DNA of 61,840 nucleotides, the filler included, from Choristocarpus tenellus KU-1152 (lineage: Eukaryota; Protista; Phaeophyceae), in assembly GCA_964200185.2 (NCBI GenBank). It is 9 parts of 9 records of this genome, joined end to end, with 100 filler letters (N's around TTAATTAATTAA, not from the genome) between each part and the next. Parts side by side here need not be neighbours in the genome. Positions count along the whole stretch, not along the records: positions 1 to 15,580 come from CAXNAD020000970.1; positions 15,681 to 20,976 come from CAXNAD020011243.1; positions 21,077 to 26,126 come from CAXNAD020012041.1; 6 more parts are not named here. One strand, given 5' to 3'. Under the pieces are notes generated by a model. It worked only from the letters and a program-made list of their open reading frames with translations. It ran no database searches and was not told the DNA's origin. The translations under genes were made by a program, and so were the position numbers. Positions 14,001 to 26,126 of this stretch are shown here, piece by piece; position 1 is the first letter of the stretch; every line of letters starts with the position of its first letter.

Positions 14001-14930
14001 AATGCAAGGTCAGATTTTTTTTTTTAATTTGACCTTGAGAGTTATTTCTAGGACCAGAGTCAATATCCTGATCTATGTCCCGTAGTTAGTCAATACCCTA
14101 ATCCAAAGAAGCAGTAACTCATGATTCTGACTCTCACTCAAGACCAAGTCTATTTTGTATCCAACCCTACCTTTCTATTAGTGTTGTGAATAGCAATTGC
14201 TATGATTCAGTTAAAATCGAAGCCAAAAATCAAGTGGTGAATTTCGAATGGTTACTTATCACATGATTTCACACTATGCATATTGGCCATTGAGCTAGGC
14301 GAATCATGTATCTCCATTCATGCACTGGGCGTTTAGTTCGATTATTATTGAGATCATCAACATTTTGTAGTGATTTGAACCTTGCACTCATAAATATGCA
14401 ATTTGCAACACTACCGTTTTTCCTGATGCTGACCTGACTATCCATGATCCTGGTACTGAAGGTATCTCCAATCATGCTGTACCAGAAGTATGACATCACA
14501 CTGACACCCAATCCTTGACCCAATTTTTTTTCTACTTCTAGCTCAATCGACTCAACCACACCATCCCAAAACAGATTTATTGCCTAGCCTAGTCCATTAT
14601 ACGACCTCACTAATGGTCATCCTGTCCACATAGTGTTTCTTGCTTGCCATCCTTGGGAACCATCATAAATCTTTCATCTCACGCCTACCTGGCCCTTTGG
14701 GAGGTCCCAGGTGTGGGAGAAGAAAACGATGTCATTTCGGAGGATAGACATTCGACGCCCTCTTCCATCTCTGAAGATGTAGCACTTGTAAGGTGTCAAG
14801 GTAGATACATACTGCACCAGGAGGGATTTTACTGAGTTGTGTCCTTCAAGTCCAGCAAGGTCAAGGAACTCCTGTTTTGGGGGGTGAAATTCAGGACTAC
14901 GACGCAGGTGTCGGCTGATTTGCATCCCAT
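11015..14930 (-). CDS. HET-like (heterokaryon-incompatibility/TIR-like) domain protein, multi-exon, 5' end unresolved
   Basis: Exons: 14930-14689 (...IVFFSHTWDLPKGQ); 13792-13473 (...HPDTPGYNKL...FVWLDVLCAN...SVPFIVMR); ~13276-13066 (...FKSRSWCRLEVLAA); 12300-12157 (...KDPLDGK); 11209-11015 (MTNEADWPCI...YME*). The SHxW, WxDxxC and RxWxxxE motifs occur in HET-domain order. Confidence 0.75.
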
Positions 14931-15517
14931 CTTGGGGACAGAAATACAAGACGAAAATTGCAGCATGCATCATGATAAGAAATAACTGGCAAGCCCTGTT
15001 CACCCGAATTGGTATTCAAGTTGCACTGAGTTTACCTAATGCTTGCAAGAGAGTGCAAAAGCACTTCAACGTAAGAGTAATACTTTCAAGTATACTTCAG
15101 AGGTGAGAACAATTCTGGGATTCTCTCCTGCTTCTTTTTCATTCTATATGCATGAAATAATGAACCAATCAAAAATAAACCTATTAGCAGTTCATATCGG
15201 GCTGTAGATGTGGTTCAGGAAATGATGAGTTGCCGATTGGGTTCAAGCATTCTTCGTTCCCTGGTCTAGGAGAACAAGATGTGTCAGTCACCTGCATGCT
15301 AATCCTTGAATTTTTGAATAGATAGAGTGAGCAACCAATGCTGGTGTAAAAGGTGTCTCCCACCCCAAGTCCCCGACTTGTGTACTTTTTTCTTACTAGA
15401 GACTCTCTGAGGACGTCGCATTGCCCGAATATTTCCTCAGTCGATCACTACTATGAAATGTGCATGTATGTATATATATATATACATACCACCAATATTC
15501 CTGTCTGTCAAAAATGT

Positions 15518-15580
15518 GGCTCAAAGTATCTGGGGGGAGGTGGCGGCTGTCCATTTGGGGTCAATTTTTTCATGTCGCGA
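15518..15580 (+). mobile_element. MITE family B, short-spacer end (truncated by linker)
   Basis: GGCTCAAAGTATCTGGGGGG...TGTCCATTTGGGG. Confidence 0.85.
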
Positions 15581-15680
15581 NNNNNNNNNNNNNNNNNNNN
15601 NNNNNNNNNNNNNNNNNNNNNNNNTTAATTAATTAANNNNNNNNNNNNNNNNNNNNNNNNNNNNNNNNNNNNNNNNNNNN
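15581..15680. other. Artificial contig linker N44-TTAATTAATTAA-N44
   Basis: Identical 100-bp linkers with all-frame stops also at 20977-21076, 26127-26226, 30308-30407, 34276-34375, 43945-44044, 47991-48090 and 54050-54149. Confidence 0.97.
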
Positions 15681-15714
15681 CGATTTGCCAATGAAGTATA
15701 CGGATGTGTAAACA

Positions 15715-15898
15715 GGCTAAACGTATCTGGGGGGGGGAGGGGGTCTACACCAGGGTGTGCGTTCGGGCCCTGACCAGGAAAAGTGGACCAACATTATCCA
15801 CCCTACGCATGCAACCAAATCACACAAGAATTGCGACATGGAAAAATGGGCCCTGAATGGACAGCTGCAACCCCCCCCCCCCCAAGATACTTTGAGCC
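15715..15898 (-). mobile_element. MITE family B, full copy (~184 bp), 4-bp TSD AACA
   Basis: TIRs GGCTAAACGTATCTGGG / CCAAGATACTTTGAGCC, flanked by AACA on both sides. Confidence 0.9.
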
Positions 15899-16064
15899 AA
15901 CAACTGTGTTTATCTTACCGGCATACCATTATCACTAGTACAAATCCGTGCGTGTGAACCTCCTGAGGAATTGATAAACTTCCAATTTCCACCAATACCA
16001 AGTCGATTGAAATTTGCGATCTCATGCTTCTTCTAATAACACAAACTTATTTTTTTGCACCTAC

Positions 16065-19000
16065 CTGTAGGAAGGGACCGTGTGGCCTTCTGTGGTACTT
16101 GCGGAGAATCATTTCGTAATCCTCTTCCTCGCCGTCCTCTGGCCAGCCCCAGTAATTATTTACCAGGGTGCGTAGGCCGTTAGTACTCTCCTCCTCCATG
16201 AAGGCTGATTCGTCAACAGGTGGTGGGTTTATGGGAAGAAGGAAGGAGGCAAGGTTTGCTGGGGCAGGAGATTGAACTTTCTGTAGGTGTTTTATCAGAT
16301 GTTGACATCAGAGTACTTGGTGTAGTATTGAATTGTCTCATAAAGTGTGCTGCATTAGTACTGCTCAGACGAAAAACATGCTATTTTTTTTCTTTTTGCT
16401 CTGTACAGACCACTAAAAGCGGATTCAGAGTCCTCACGATAGAAAATTAAAAGGAAGCATCAACGGGGATCCAGTCGTCTGGTCCATGGGGACAACGGCA
16501 GTTTAGGTTTGAAGTTCAACAGGTATCTCAGAGCATTAAAATAGGACCACCAACTGGAATGTTTGGATTACCCGTTAGAACATTGTCTACATGGTAGACG
16601 GGTTATGTTGGGAGGTTTGGTGATTTACGGAATGAATTTCATACTCTCCTCACCTTTGACAATGGGAATTCGAATGGCAGCCAGCTCCTCTGGAGTAAAC
16701 ATGCCTCTCACTGCTATGTGGCCATTGCGCTCAAACTCCAGTATATCTTCTACGGACACACCTTTCCCTCCCTAGCGTAGAAGAGGGTGGAGGGGACCTA
16801 ATAAATGCGCAGCAATCCAAAGTTTCAAGATCCATTGTATATTGTATGTGATGCAGATACCCCGTTCTCTGTTTCATCATATCACCCAAGAACGGGAATT
16901 GGTGCGTCAACCTCAACTGTGATAAAAGTGTCCCCACTTACTTCTGATGAGGTAGATCGTGCAAGAAATACTGAGGGTCTACCTGGAAGGACAATGGAAA
17001 TATTAGTCTTCTCCGGAGGAGCAAGAAGTGGGCATCAACAGTGCGGGAAAATGTAGGGAGCTTCCTACAACTGTCACAGGCAGTAGGTTATGGATCAACA
17101 TGGGGGCTTGGGTGTGGTTTGTTACTATGATACTTTCCACATGTGCCGTAGCTTATAAAATTTCGCAGGGTGACGTAGAGGTATACTCAAAGCAGGTTCA
17201 GCCCACTTTGCGTAGTTGGTTCTATGTTAGATTGACATTGCCAATATTAAGTTAGCCCTTTGGGCTTGGTTTCATGCTACACTGTTGGGTAGGTGCATAT
17301 TTTAAAGTTTGTACTTGAAATGGTTTTGCTCTCTCACATCGTGCAGGAAGTCCAAATTTGCACTGGGAGTCACGGCGCACGGCTTTTCCTCCCCAGCATC
17401 TTTCTCTGCATTGACACCATCGTCAACAGAGTCCTGAGTCACGAGATGCAGACAATTGACTTTTGCTTGTCACACAGAGCGATTACCTCCGGACATTAAA
17501 ACAAGGGAGGAGTAATGAGTTCCCAATACTATTGACACCTTTTAAATTGGCACCCTAGTATGGATAGAAACAGTTCAATTTTGTAACATGGTATTCTTCC
17601 CTATTCCTCTGCAGGTACACATATCCAGGGCACTAGCCCACTGGCTTGTGTAGTGGAGTACTCTGGCACAAGGTTTACACAACTCAAACACAAGGTGAAA
17701 ACAACGGAACAATAGCAGAGAGAGAGGATATCCCAACAATAATCTGACGAGGCATGAATTGCAAGGGGAGGCGTTTTGAATGCGCTCTTCAAGTAAGCAT
17801 CACTCTGGAAAAAGACATGGCATCCTCTGCTGGGAGTCTCTCATTAGTTCTGATGCTCATCATTCTCACCTCCTCCCCCAAGCACCCAAGAGCCCATGCC
17901 GCCTGAGAAACATATGGAGGGGGTGGTACAGAGTAGTCTTCATCCTCATCCCTCCACACGTAGTAGTCCCCATTCATCTCATATTCATTTTCTTCCTCAT
18001 CATCTGAAGAATCGTCGTAAGATGAATCATCTTCCTCGTGCTCCTCTTCCTCAATAATGTCCTCAATCACGGTCTCATTATTATGATGGCGAGGAGCAAC
18101 AGTATCTCCAGGTGTAGTTTTGCAAGGCGAAGTCAGAAGGTCTTTGCACACCCATGATGGGTACGTGCGTTGGTAGAGTAGTATCCGTTCAGCGCGTTTA
18201 TGGATAAGGGATAGGCAAGCGAGTGAACCACGGTATGCAGATATATCACCAGGTCACAACCCAGGTATGACGTAGTCGGGCAGGGACTTAGTTTTGAGGG
18301 CTGCTGGGAAGGATTGTGGGATAACTTCAGGGAGGTGAAAAATAGAGCTCTAGGAGGGTCGGAGGAAGGATGTGCCATGGGCTGATAATATTTGCGATGG
18401 TATGGACAACCCTGTTGTAGGATAAGTTGTGATGCTTAAACTTGGGGGTAACATCTGATGAGAAGAAGGCTCCAGACCAAGGTCTGGAACGAAATGGGAT
18501 CAAGGTCACCTATAAGTCTCTCGACCAATCAAGGAAATTATCAAGGAAATTAACAAGTTCACCTTTGCACGGTTACAGAAACCCTTTGATGTCCGCCTTA
18601 CCACTCAAACCTTCACTGGTAGTGGGTAAATTCGATCTAGCCCGGGGTGCGCATTTCTTGACAGCAGGTGATGCATACACGGGGAGTATGTCAAGATGAA
18701 AGTGCTGCTAAGGTGTGATTGGTGGAGTCTGTAATCCCTCAAGGCTCGGTGCTACTAGCAAATACACCAGTATCAATCGAGCTCACCTCCTTCTGCTCGC
18801 ATTGCCAAGGTTGGGTTGCACTCCTCTGTTTCCCCAATCCCCAATGTAAACCTTGTGTCAGTTTCAACTTCTGGAGGAACCATTTCCCCACCACCCTGCG
18901 CTCAAGAGTGTGGACACAAGACCGCGAGAGAAATTGCAAACTTGTTAATGGCTGCTGATCTAAAATTGAGAGCAGATGCAGATGTGTTTGGATTATCATC

Positions 19001-19529
19001 CAAGACTTCTATGCAGAATGTAATCCTCACGTTCAACTAAGATATTTTCTCCACCACTTGTTCACGTCAATCAAACCAGAACTCTGTTGATATCTGCTGA
19101 TATTTCCTTTCTACTTTGTCCGACATCGGTGGTATACTCTTTTAACTTTAGCAACCTATGTATGCACACTAGGGAGGGCCCTGGATCAAGGTGGTGCATC
19201 CAGAGTAAACATGTTCAAACTCATCGAGCAGCATGAATTGGAATGGACATAGAGCTGGTGGTTTGTTTTTCGGTAATGCGCTCCATGTGATCTGCTCACC
19301 ATAAACTTCGCGACTGTATTACAGATGAACAAGTTGAGCTTTCAGGTCCTTGTCAACTATCGGTGCTTTGGAGGGCATAAGGGCTTAGCCTATATTACAA
19401 ACCATAGCATCAAAGTACCTTGTCACTTGCATCAAAGATGGGGATGACATCCGCAGAACCCTTGCATCCGATCAAGCCGTAGTAGAGAGCAAAGACTGGT
19501 AAGACCAGCCCAGAACGACGGTGCGGCAT
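16065..19529 (-). CDS. PhyH-like 2OG-Fe(II) dioxygenase, 5' part, with signal-peptide-like start and acidic N-terminal extension
   Basis: Phase-consistent exons: 19529-19419 (MPHRRSGLVLPVFALYYGLIGCKGSA...); 18895-18787; ~18105-17870 (D/E-rich); 17433-17338; 16771-16654 (VSVEDILEFERNGHIAVRGMFTPEELAAIR); 16204-16065 (...HGPFLQ). FxxxGxxxVRGxFxxEE and PFLQ are typical of the PhyH N-terminus; the HxD motif is not within the contig. Confidence 0.7.
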
Positions 19530-20909
19530 GGTATCCTACCTACAAACTTAAATGCTTCTATCAAGTGGTATAACCTCTGGTCGACTAGAAAAAGTGGTCG
19601 AAGAGGTTCTGGATGGGGAACATGGTAGACCCATCTGCCACCTTCCCCCCAAATGGAGAGGTCTCACCCTGCACACTCTCTCTACCATTTGCATCACGCA
19701 AGAATTGTAGTTGTTGAATAGTTGTTGAAGTTAATCGATGTGATCCTCCACACTTTGATGTATATGGAAGGCAAATGTTGAAGGTCATGGATGTGATACT
19801 CGGCATATTAATGTATGTGGAAGGCCACCATGAAACATGAGTAAGTATGGGAAACAGAGACAGTCTAACTGTGTAGTTCAAGTCAAGGTATTGGGGAGAG
19901 ATTCGTGTTAGATTTCCCACAGAAACTATTTTCTTTGTGGCAATTGAATTTGTCCCGACATGTGTCGAAATCGGGAGAATGTGGCTATATACAACAATAA
20001 TATGAAAGTTCTTGTCCATACTGGCATGGTGGTACAACATTGTAGTAATTTAACCTTGATTTATTTGGATCTCTCTCCAAGCACCGAAACTTTTTATTTT
20101 GTGAAGGGTTTATAGGTATGTATGTATGTATCCGTATGAATCACAGAAGGATGTTGTCCAGTATGAATATATAGCGGGTTCAAGCCCTGTGGGTATCAGA
20201 CCTCTTCAACGAAAATATAGTTTCCACGATATTGTTCCAGCTGAAGGTGACATGTATATCACTACTGTGTGTGTAACGCTTCTCACCATGGGTCGGGATC
20301 ATCCCCTACTAACAACGTGCTGACAAATAATAACACACAACGGTGTCATAATCATATGTTATCGTTTATTTCCTCTCAGTTCTACTCCAGAACTTTTCCC
20401 TGACTACCTCCACCCTACCTAGCCCTTGCAGACCCGTGCTCAAATGGCAGTGCATACACTGCACTACTATTCTTATACTTTACGAGCTACCGATTGCACT
20501 AAGATGCAAGTTGCACTGTGCCATGCGTGTTGTGATTATTGCTCGTGCGTTAGGTTTAGGCATCCCCCACTTTGTCACCCTACCTCCCTCGAATCGAGCA
20601 TTGGTGCCTACTCCCTCTGTCTGCAATAAGTCTTCGCCACTGTGATCCAGATCTTTCCGTGTGTCTCTTTTTGGTGATTTAGGGGAAGATAGTAAGGTAC
20701 AGTATGCATCTTCCCAATGCACTTGGTATATGGTCCATGGGAAGTTAAATATTGTGAAAAAAAAAGGAAAATTGTTTCTACAATATATATTTTATTTTAT
20801 TTTTGTGTTTTGTCACACATTATTTCTGAGGATTATCCCGACCGGTGATAGAGGCACTACTACTGCATGTACATCTCATACTAACTACTAGCTGTTGCAC
20901 TACGACTAA

Positions 20910-20976
20910 GAGTGAAACTATCTTAGAGGGTACGAATTTTTCCCTGTTTGTCCATTTGTGGGGCTTGGCTTCCCAT
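20910..20976 (-). mobile_element. MITE family A, long-spacer end (truncated by linker)
   Basis: GAGTGAAACTATCTTAGAGGGTACGAA...TGTCCATTTG. Confidence 0.85.
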
Positions 20977-21076
20977 NNNNNNNNNNNNNNNNNNNNNNNN
21001 NNNNNNNNNNNNNNNNNNNNTTAATTAATTAANNNNNNNNNNNNNNNNNNNNNNNNNNNNNNNNNNNNNNNNNNNN

Positions 21077-21247
21077 AAAAGTATCTGGGGGGGGGGGAAC
21101 TACACCAGGGCGTCCATTTGGGCCATAACCAGGAAACGTGCACCTACAGTATCCATCCGATGCATGTAACCAAATCACCCAAAAGTCGCAAGATAAAAAA
21201 ATTGTCCCCAAATGGTCAACCGTCACCCCCTCCCAGATGTTGAAACC
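21077..21247 (-). mobile_element. MITE family B, near-complete copy
   Basis: AAAGTATCTGGGG...CCAGGGCGTCCATTTGG...CCCCAAATGG...CCCAGATG. Confidence 0.8.
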
Positions 21248-21351
21248 TGACTCGAATGCACTGTATATGTAAGCGAAATACGTAGACTACGAGTGGAGGG
21301 AAATCATGGTGTTGCAAAGCACCGATGAGTAGGATGCGTAGTCTGTGGTAT

Positions 21352-21609
21352 GAGTCGAAGTATCTCAGAGGGTAGAGCCGCGTCCATTTGGTGGCCAAAC
21401 TCCAATGTTGATATTTGATGTAATTTTGGCTATCATGTTTGTTAAGAAGTGTTAATATCCTTGTTCCGAAAACGCGTTATCGAAACGTGTACATTTTACC
21501 TACTCCGAAACATTTCGGATTAGGAAAAATGTCATTAAAAATCCGTGGGACGCCAAGCCTCAAATGGACAAACAGGGCAAACCTCGTACCCTCTAAGATA
21601 CATTCACTC
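21352..21609 (+). mobile_element. MITE family A, full copy (258 bp), 4-bp TSD GTAT
   Basis: TIR GAGTCGAAGTATCTCAGAGGGTA / TACCCTCTAAGATACATTCACTC, with GTAT on both sides. Confidence 0.93.
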
Positions 21610-22141
21610 GTATGAATAGATGTGGTTGCGAAGCAAAGCACTGATGTATTTGTTCTGTTGCAACTGAAGTCATTGATCACTCAGTTAAGAATGATGTGAT
21701 GTGAATTCAGTGTTATTTCACGATATACAAGTCCATGCTCTGTGAAGAGGCTTGTTACCTTGGCTGACAAGGGTTTTAGTAGATGGTTTTAACTCTGTGT
21801 GTATTACATCCAAGTGTGCGTCAGGGACACTATTGCAGAGTGAGCTTAAGGTGCTCAGTGAGGGGACAATGACAATCAATAAAAATAACAATCAACAATT
21901 ACCGTGCATCTGGGGTCTTATGCATATGAAAAGAAGAGAGATGGCAGACAACAACAAAATAAAAAAAACAGAACACAAGGTAACAGTGGAATGCACTTGA
22001 TGCAAGTTCTGAAGTAACTTGGATGACGTGTGCTATGATGTTCCTGTGTGTGATGTGGACCAACTGAATATCAACTGAGGCTATACTTCTATCTACTGTC
22101 ATCGATGTGACGATGAGTTGGGATGCGCAACAATACAAACA

Positions 22142-22323
22142 GGCTCAAAGTATCTGGGGGGGGAGTGGCTGCTGTCCATTTGGGGTCAATTTTTTCATGT
22201 CGTGATTTAGGGGTTATTTGGTTGCATACGTCGAATGGATAATGTAAATGCACGTTTCCCTATTTTTGCCCCAAATGGACACCCTGGGGCGGACCCTCCC
22301 CCCCCCCAAAGATGCTTTGGGTC
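22142..22323 (+). mobile_element. MITE family B, full copy inserted in the Sola2 transposase
   Basis: GGCTCAAAGTATCTGGGG ... CCCCAAAGATGCTTTGGGTC; flanks ACA/GCA. Confidence 0.88.
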
Positions 22324-22974
22324 GCAGTGCAGCTCCCGCCTCCCCAAGGACACGCCGCCATGTCCATAGACTTTAGTGCCCACCTTCAACACAACCACCA
22401 AGACTTGACATAACAAGAGATATTCAATCTATTCCTCACGGCGCTTCTGACCATTGTTTGGTGGTTGGGGGATCTCAGAGAAGAGGGAAGGCTTGGGAAG
22501 GGAAGGGTTTGGGCTGACAGCATGACGGTGTGTAGTGAAGACCGAAGCCAAGATAACAAGTTCGTCCAGAACGCCGTGGAGATGTTTGTGAAAGACCACC
22601 TAATACCTCTAGCCCGTGAATACGGACAGACCCTAGAGGTCCTCCACATCTGGTCCGATGACTGCAGGAGTCAGTTCAAGAACAGATGGCAGATGTGGTG
22701 GGTTTCTCAGTCTTTCGCGCGGATGGGAATTTTCGTTGTACACAACTTCTTTGACTCCTGTCACGGCAAGTCCTTATCTGATGGAGTCGGGGCTGTGGTG
22801 AAGTCTGCAGTCAGGAGACTGGAACTAGACGGGGTGGGCATGCCAGGAACCTTATCCCTAGTAGTGGATACAATCAAGGCAACCAAAACTCAATACATTT
22901 TGAGGGATCCAACGCCAGAGGAACACCGGCACTACCGTAAAGGTCGTAAGGTTACTCCCGGACAGACAATTGTG

Positions 22975-23960
22975 ACAAAGGTAGGAACACTCCACATGAC
23001 GATCCCCCCCTACTCAAAACGTTCGGCCTCTGTTTGCCACTGGTGACAGCCCCAACATGTACGCCCCTTGCCCACCTAACCCTAAACACGCAATATATAC
23101 CATTCAATTTTTTGTCACATCTGTGACTCCCTTCACGTCGACACGACGAGCAGCATGCTAATGGCATATACGCAACTCTCCATCTACTGCACACCGTCTG
23201 TGCACACTTGCAACCATCGCCCTCTATTTTGTATAAGCCTACCAATCGATAAACTCGCGCAAAATTCCAAGTTATCATTTCCTTCTCTCACATTAATGTC
23301 TGTTGTTTACCAAACAATTGACATAGGAACAGATAGCACATATACAACGTGCGTGGTCCCCCCCACCCACAACAACCGGCCTCTACTTCCCACTGGCGAC
23401 AAACACACCCCTCCCGCCCCTTGCCAACCCGTACACTAAACATGCAATAAATATCGTTGACCCATTACGTCAAATCCATACCTACCCTTCTTGTCGACAC
23501 CATGTGCAACGTGCTAACCGCATATCGCACTTCTCAATCGACCGCACACTGTCCGTGCACACTTGAAATCTTCGCCCTCTATTTTTAATAAGTCTACCAA
23601 TCGGTAAACTCGTGCAAAACTTCAAAGTATTGTTGTCTTTCATATATCAACGTCGGCCATGTACCTATCGCTTGTTGTAGGAATACATAGTACATGTACT
23701 ACAGACATGGTTCCCCCCACTCACTATAATCGATCCCTGTTTCCCACTGGCGACAGACTGCCCTCTCCCGCCCCTTGCTAATCCATACAATAAACACACA
23801 ATAGATATCGTTGACTCAGTATGTCACATCCGTGCCTTCCCTTCACGTTGACACCATGCGCAACATGGTCATTGCACATACGCACTTCTTAATCGACCGC
23901 TCACCATCTGTGCACACTTACAATCTTTTCGCCCTCTATTTTCCAGATGTCTGCCAAGCG
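22975..23960. repeat. ~355-bp degenerate tandem repeat x~2.7
   Basis: CCACTGGYGACA...CGCCCCTTGC...GTGCACACTT...CGCCCTCTATTTT recurs at ~23037, ~23390 and ~23744. Confidence 0.85.
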
Positions 23961-24867
23961 CCAACCTAACCCAAACCTCTGTCATTTACTAAACACTTGT
24001 TCCAGGAATAGGTAGCACAGATCAATCCAAAGAAAATGCCATCACATTGAATTGGTCACAGGACACCGCCACAGTACCAACAATGACTCCAACACATGCC
24101 ACCCCTCCCCTTACACGCACAATCACCACAACCCTTAGGAATGGACGGACAGGGACGGCAGACAGCACTGTAAAACGTCTACGAAACTTCTATGCATCGA
24201 CACGTTTCGAACACAGGAGATAGTCCACCTCCCGGTTCACAAGATCGACCGCGTGGGACGACATGACCCACGTGTCCCAAACCTCGGTGGCATCAAGTCC
24301 ATGCACAGGTTCTTCACTGGTCGGCTCACCACCGGAGAGTCCCGTACATTGATATGCACTGAACTGTCGTGCTACTGCACGAACCGTTCCATCAGCAACC
24401 CGGCCCAATGCAGGTGGCAACTAACCCACATGCTCCCGCTTAAGGAGATAGACCTCGGATTTTCCACGGAAGCAGGAACGGGTGATATGTATCTGAGAAG
24501 CCAGCTGTCGAGGAAGAAGAGACAGCTCGCTGAGCGGAACATATGCATTGTGCGGACGCAGCCATCAGAGTACAATGGTATAGAGTTCTTGCCGTTCACT
24601 GTTCACCGCAAGGACACAATTCAATCGAACACCAGTCACCACTCCAGCGACGGAGGGATGTTCAATGCTGGAGATGAGGTCGTCTTTGTCATTGAAGACT
24701 TCGAGGTGCCTAGTGCTAGCTTTGTTGATGGAGTGCCAACTATTCGCATGTCACAGACGGACAAGGTGAGAAACGCTTCTTATTGTTACTAAGAGAACAA
24801 TGCTCCACAGGAATGATTCCACACTGCCCATATACAGATGTTACATATCCCCTGATATCCCCTCATA

Positions 24868-25128
24868 GTGCTAAAGTATCTTAGAGGGTAGAGACGCATC
24901 CATTTGGGACCAAAATCCAATGTTGTGATTTCGATGTAATTTTGGCTATCGTGTTTGTTAGGAAGTGTCAATATCCTTGTTCCGGACATACCTCTTCATA
25001 ACGTGTACATTATACCTACTCCGAAACATTTTGGATTAGGAAAATGTTATAAAAACCCTGAGATAAGCCAAGCCCTAAATGGACAAACAGTGCAAAACTC
25101 GTACCCTCTAAGATACTTACTTTCACTC
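24868..25128 (+). mobile_element. MITE family A, full copy
   Basis: GTGCTAAAGTATCTTAGAGGGTA ... TACCCTCTAAGATACTTACTTTCACTC; ATA duplicated. Confidence 0.9.
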
Positions 25129-25967
25129 ATACCCAAGTATAATCCTCCCATAACGTACAACCCTGACATCCAAACCAGTGTCATATTCTTTCTCCTACTC
25201 TATAACCGCGAACGTCAACTTTCGCGGAATATTTTACAAGTTCTGTAGGGCAAATAAGCTTATCACATTCCTTCATTTCGCTGTCTAAGTGTATCCCCTA
25301 TCCTACGTAAAAAATTTGCATTCCTCAAAACCAAAACAAGCAAGACCCCTATACAACCAAACAAGGCCATCACGCACAAACACATGCCAATAGTCCAACA
25401 CACCAACACAGCCCCTGCAACAAACATCTTTGCGTTGATGCAGGAGGTACAACTGGGTCCCCGCGTCGTGCCCTTCAGGCTATCATCGCATCCCAGACTT
25501 CACAGACATCCACCACAATCACCTGGACAACACGTTCACGATCCTGCCTGGTCAATACCAGAGGTTCACCACAGAATCCAACCGGCAATCCCTCGGTGCG
25601 ATACCTGCTTGCTTCTCAAGGCAACTCAGACTTGGGGATATATCCGACGGCAGATTCGGTCGAGGAATCAGCTTCATCCTATGCGCGAGTGGGGGGTCTA
25701 TCGTACAGGGGAAGGTCAGCGATGTTCATGTGGACGGTTCAGGGGCGTACATTTACTCAGTGTCCTCCTACCTTCCGGATGATGGCGAAAAATCCTTGCA
25801 TCCTCACCTGAGGTCCTACATTGACAGAGGACGAGACAGAGGAGGGTGTCGACCAACCTCGGGAGAAGAACGAGAGGGACAGTGTGGAGGCTGCAGCCCA
25901 GCGTCTCAGACAACGCCGCCGGTCGATGGTTGACCGCCAGCGCAAGTGTATGGACATGGACAAGGAT

Positions 25968-26126
25968 GAGTGAAAGTATCTTAGAGGGTACGAGTTTTGC
26001 CCTGTTTGTCCATTTGAGGCTTGACTTCCCATGGGGTTTTTTTATGACATTTTCGTAATCCCAAATATTTCGGAGTAGGTAAAACAGTGAAAGTATCTTA
26101 GAGGGTAGAGCCGCGTCCATTTGGGG
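25968..26126. mobile_element. MITE family A (reverse, partial) with a second family A end nested at 26085
   Basis: The long-spacer end at 25968 runs through the internal hairpin, then CAGTGAAAGTATCTTAGAGGGTAGAGCCGCGTCCATTTGGGG begins. Confidence 0.85.

Larger units (their letters stand above)
21985..24792 (+). pseudogene. Sola2-type DDD transposase, disrupted
   Basis: In one frame: MSIDFSAHLQHNHQD (22360; in-frame TAA at 22411)...VCSEDRSQD...HIWSDDCRSQFKN...HNFFDSCHGKSLSDGVGAVVK (ORF 22465-23046). Downstream: GIKSMHRF...LSCYCTN (ORF 24253-24792). These match the DFS / SDxCxxQxKN / HGKxxxDGxG Sola2 motifs. Interrupted by a MITE and by tandem repeats. Confidence 0.82.

Noticed and set aside
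15625-15636. Recurrent TTAATTAATTAA palindrome
   Set aside because: It is a synthetic all-frame-stop linker between N runs, not biological.
18739-18999. IDTG as a retroviral aspartic protease motif
   Set aside because: It lies just past a splice donor in an intron of the PhyH-like gene, with no supporting gag/pol context.
24789-25248. Recurrent ORF peptides YPLRYF / SQNYI / GQNSYP
   Set aside because: These are translations of MITE family A, not a protein family.
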